Shown here: in pieces, positions 63,201-64,000 of the stretch
Numbering within the stretch: position 1 is the stretch's first letter
Layout of the letters: each line of letters starts with the position of its first letter
Origin: an uncultured Brevinematales bacterium
Lineage (GTDB): Bacteria > Spirochaetota > Brevinematia > Brevinematales > JAOACQ01
DNA: 64,000 nucleotides
Direction: 5' to 3'
Assembly (NCBI GenBank): GCA_964392785.1
Contig: CAYMRH010000002.1
Span: forward strand, 797-64,796
The notes under the pieces: model-generated
Database searches by the model: none
Told to the model about the DNA's origin: nothing
Seen by the model: the letters and a program-made list of their open reading frames with translations, nothing else
Position numbers and translations under genes: made by a program

Positions 63201-64000
63201 TTGTTGCCCGACCCGCTCTGGTTATATATGTAGTAATTGAACGTGTTGGAGACGCGCGTGGTCCAGACCTTGTTCCTGTTGGATTCGGACCCGTCGATCG
63301 CGTTCAACGCCTCCAGATAGGCCGCCGCCTTCACGTTCGGCGTGTAAATGATGTTGGACAGCGTCTTACCGGCCGGCACCGTGATGTCCGCACGGTAGCT
63401 CTCGTCGTTCGTGGTCGCGTTCGCCACCTGCACGCGCCATTGGGACTGCACCGTGCCCGTGGCCACGCTGTCAAATCCGATCATGCGGATCGTGTCCGTC
63501 TCCAGGGCCAGCAGGTCCTTTCCGGCGGCGTCGTAATCAATCCAGACGTTGGTTCCGTCGTAAACGCCCGAGAGCTGCTTGGTCAGACAGGTCACGGAAG
63601 TGATGTTCGTGATCGCGGCCGGGGGCGTGAATTTCACGATCTTGATGTTGTTCCCGCTGTCCCCGGTGTTCTTGAGGTAAAATTCATAGGTGTAATTGGT
63701 GAAATCCTCGGGCACGAATTCTCCGGCCGTGATGTACCCCGTCCCGCTCGCCGGCGGGAAGGAAAACGAAACCGTCACGCTCTTGCCGATTTCCACCGCC
63801 GTATCGCGCCATCCCCCGCCGTCCGCATAATCCGCCTGAGCGCCCAATACGGAATAATTGGTCCCGATCGCCCAGTTGTCGTCCAGCACGAAACGGATAT
63901 TGTCCGCCTCCCCGGCCTGGAGGCCTGAGGAATAATTTACCAATATCCAGCGCGTGCTCGCGTTGATGTTCGTGACCGCCGTCGTTCCCGGCTGTTCGAT
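60221..64000 (-). CDS. giant secreted repeat protein B (5'-partial; at least 1259 aa in window), paralog of A
   Basis: The frame stays open from 63943 to 64000 (IEQPGTTAVTNINASTRWI precedes the track's TTG 'start'), so the gene continues beyond the window. It has the same module motif (YEFYLKNTGDSGNNIKIVKFTPPAAITN; FRITNTGDGSGDIFRARITLPEPY). It has the same C-terminal architecture and tail (...RIFDLRGNLVKSFARKGSYNQGEVAWDSRDDDGYPVKGGVYIYRVLAGGQVYSGTIVIVR). Its stop lies 6 nt before the start of A. Confidence 0.8.
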   Translation of the reverse strand: MEQPGTTAVTNINASTRWILVNYSSGLQAGEADNIRFVLDDNWAIGTNYSVLGAQADYADGGGWRDTAVEIGKSVTVSFSFPPASGTGYITAGEFVPEDFTNYTYEFYLKNTGDSGNNIKIVKFTPPAAITNITSVTCLTKQLSGVYDGTNVWIDYDAAGKDLLALETDTIRMIGFDSVATGTVQSQWRVQVANATTNDESYRADITVPAGKTLSNIIYTPNVKAAAYLEALNAIDGSESNRNKVWTTRVSNTFNYYIYNQSGSGNNMTRVWVSVPGGADFFDTNSLQVTNSRAASITLTNDRTAFEIVYDSPIVPGDYDAVQIKVNDLYLYGETNFAWTNAVAYDTTDNRYKAGQEYAGKSWQSYFLMPSPAARAGIVSPLPREVYTRTTNFVLGFRITNTGDGSGDIFRARITLPEPYRALFNAADASNSLATNAAYDGGTGVLTLDYSNNFVPGSNDTVYLTLRSAVLTPTNHTFACQVDNAVYASGVSDLAVDGRQLDIVTVPTYYVTPNALSTTTASNDVNVFILNNTGGKAKVQKVVLEFSSPFTGILMTNSLVITNRDNIYGMITSLTLDYVSDGNELSSGGNDAVTFRLSDGLAVGDTNAGISARAHNGSSWVLMDQDVSGSTNVAFTMPAAAATAKLSYNQFYTTTGQTNMAVTVYNKGTGSNGLSRFRFAIPQALAGLTVLSNQFFTDAGSSIAGNVVTVQYQNTNLVPAAGTDVVWLSFSNTLESATNMTITAEAVNLTNGDIEGRYVAVPGEGGAGALNLRVEFPAVTVQGYINGRSSIFTINTNDRIEYRILNGSLNTSLTSASIPYDSNLIRVAAVSNTWAGSVVNNTGSAIEIDYSANAIPFSQRDIITLYLNYSITNVTNTMLTSTVVLTGVTNGTFGTVNAGYTQVLSVNDALWGKLKGEIFPRGYAVAAKLYQPGTSVLATNIDGELAGTVTGTNGEYAFSFIPAGDYTLELAASRFRTYRGTVTILSNMENLVSIITMQNAVLDPDSLTNQTVASYESTNSRVEFPVAGLERDMSLDIRMVDLTAEQKADLNRNSKVKAPSTTAGLQGYWFDIRNLPNAVVEGEVLKLDAIIYLGYDATDIASRGWSETELSAYYWDRVAGRWTKMGGTVDSVNKQVVLKAGFLHDLYGVFGGVAADGVIRNVAARPKIFTPTKSADGYFGNVRITFELDALQAPDGYEVRIFDLRGNLVKSFARKGSYNQGEVAWDSRDDDGYPVKGGVYIYRVLAGGQVYSGTIVIVR

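Noticed and set aside
1-64000. CRISPR arrays, restriction-modification, toxin-antitoxin or other known defence systems, and IS elements
   Set aside because: I saw no short regularly spaced direct repeats, no cas/RM/abortive-infection-like domains and no transposase ORFs. The only repeats found are the hairpins, the 63-nt gene-tail duplication and the protein-level modules of the giant genes.

Overview
GC-rich (roughly 60% by eye) bacterial chromosomal segment, densely coding on both strands. I can support about 56 protein-coding genes. I found no rRNA, tRNA, CRISPR array, transposase or phage genes. The left 51 kb is mostly housekeeping and central metabolism: yggS, aroE, rpiB, pdxA, rpoN, an FtsW/RodA-family gene, serA, eda, rpsA, recX, trpB, mutY, mntP, uvrB, a Xer recombinase, two phosphohexomutases, two Na+/solute symporters around a TetR regulator, and an iorA-iorB-paaK-ACT arylpyruvate cluster. 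Interspersed are envelope genes (tandem LVIVD beta-propellers, a PQQ/BamB-like propeller lipoprotein, a GH26-like hydrolase) and a cytoskeleton/flagellum-flavoured set (bactofilin, FapA/DUF342, a miniature flagellin-like protein, a NeuB/PseI-like synthase, an RsbW-like kinase). The right 13 kb holds the most unusual locus. It is a minus-strand operon of two tandem giant paralogous secreted proteins, one of 2612 aa and one of at least 1259 aa that runs off the window edge. Both are built from divergent ~140-aa repeat modules and end in FlgD-Ig / type-IX-secretion-like C-terminal domains. They are followed directly by a PorV-like outer-membrane barrel and a terminator. Other second-look items: a 7TM-PP2C phosphatase translationally coupled between iorA and iorB, a ~175-nt structured element upstream of rpsA, a duplicated 3' end of a degenerate HD-GYP gene, and several long perfect hairpins. 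Gene content (IOR, ferredoxin, sigma-54, lipoboxes, OM barrel) suggests an anaerobic diderm, but the lineage cannot be determined from this window. The ORF track contains many long spurious antisense ORFs, as expected for GC-rich DNA. It also reports the longest ATG/GTG/TTG ORF, so I trimmed several starts.
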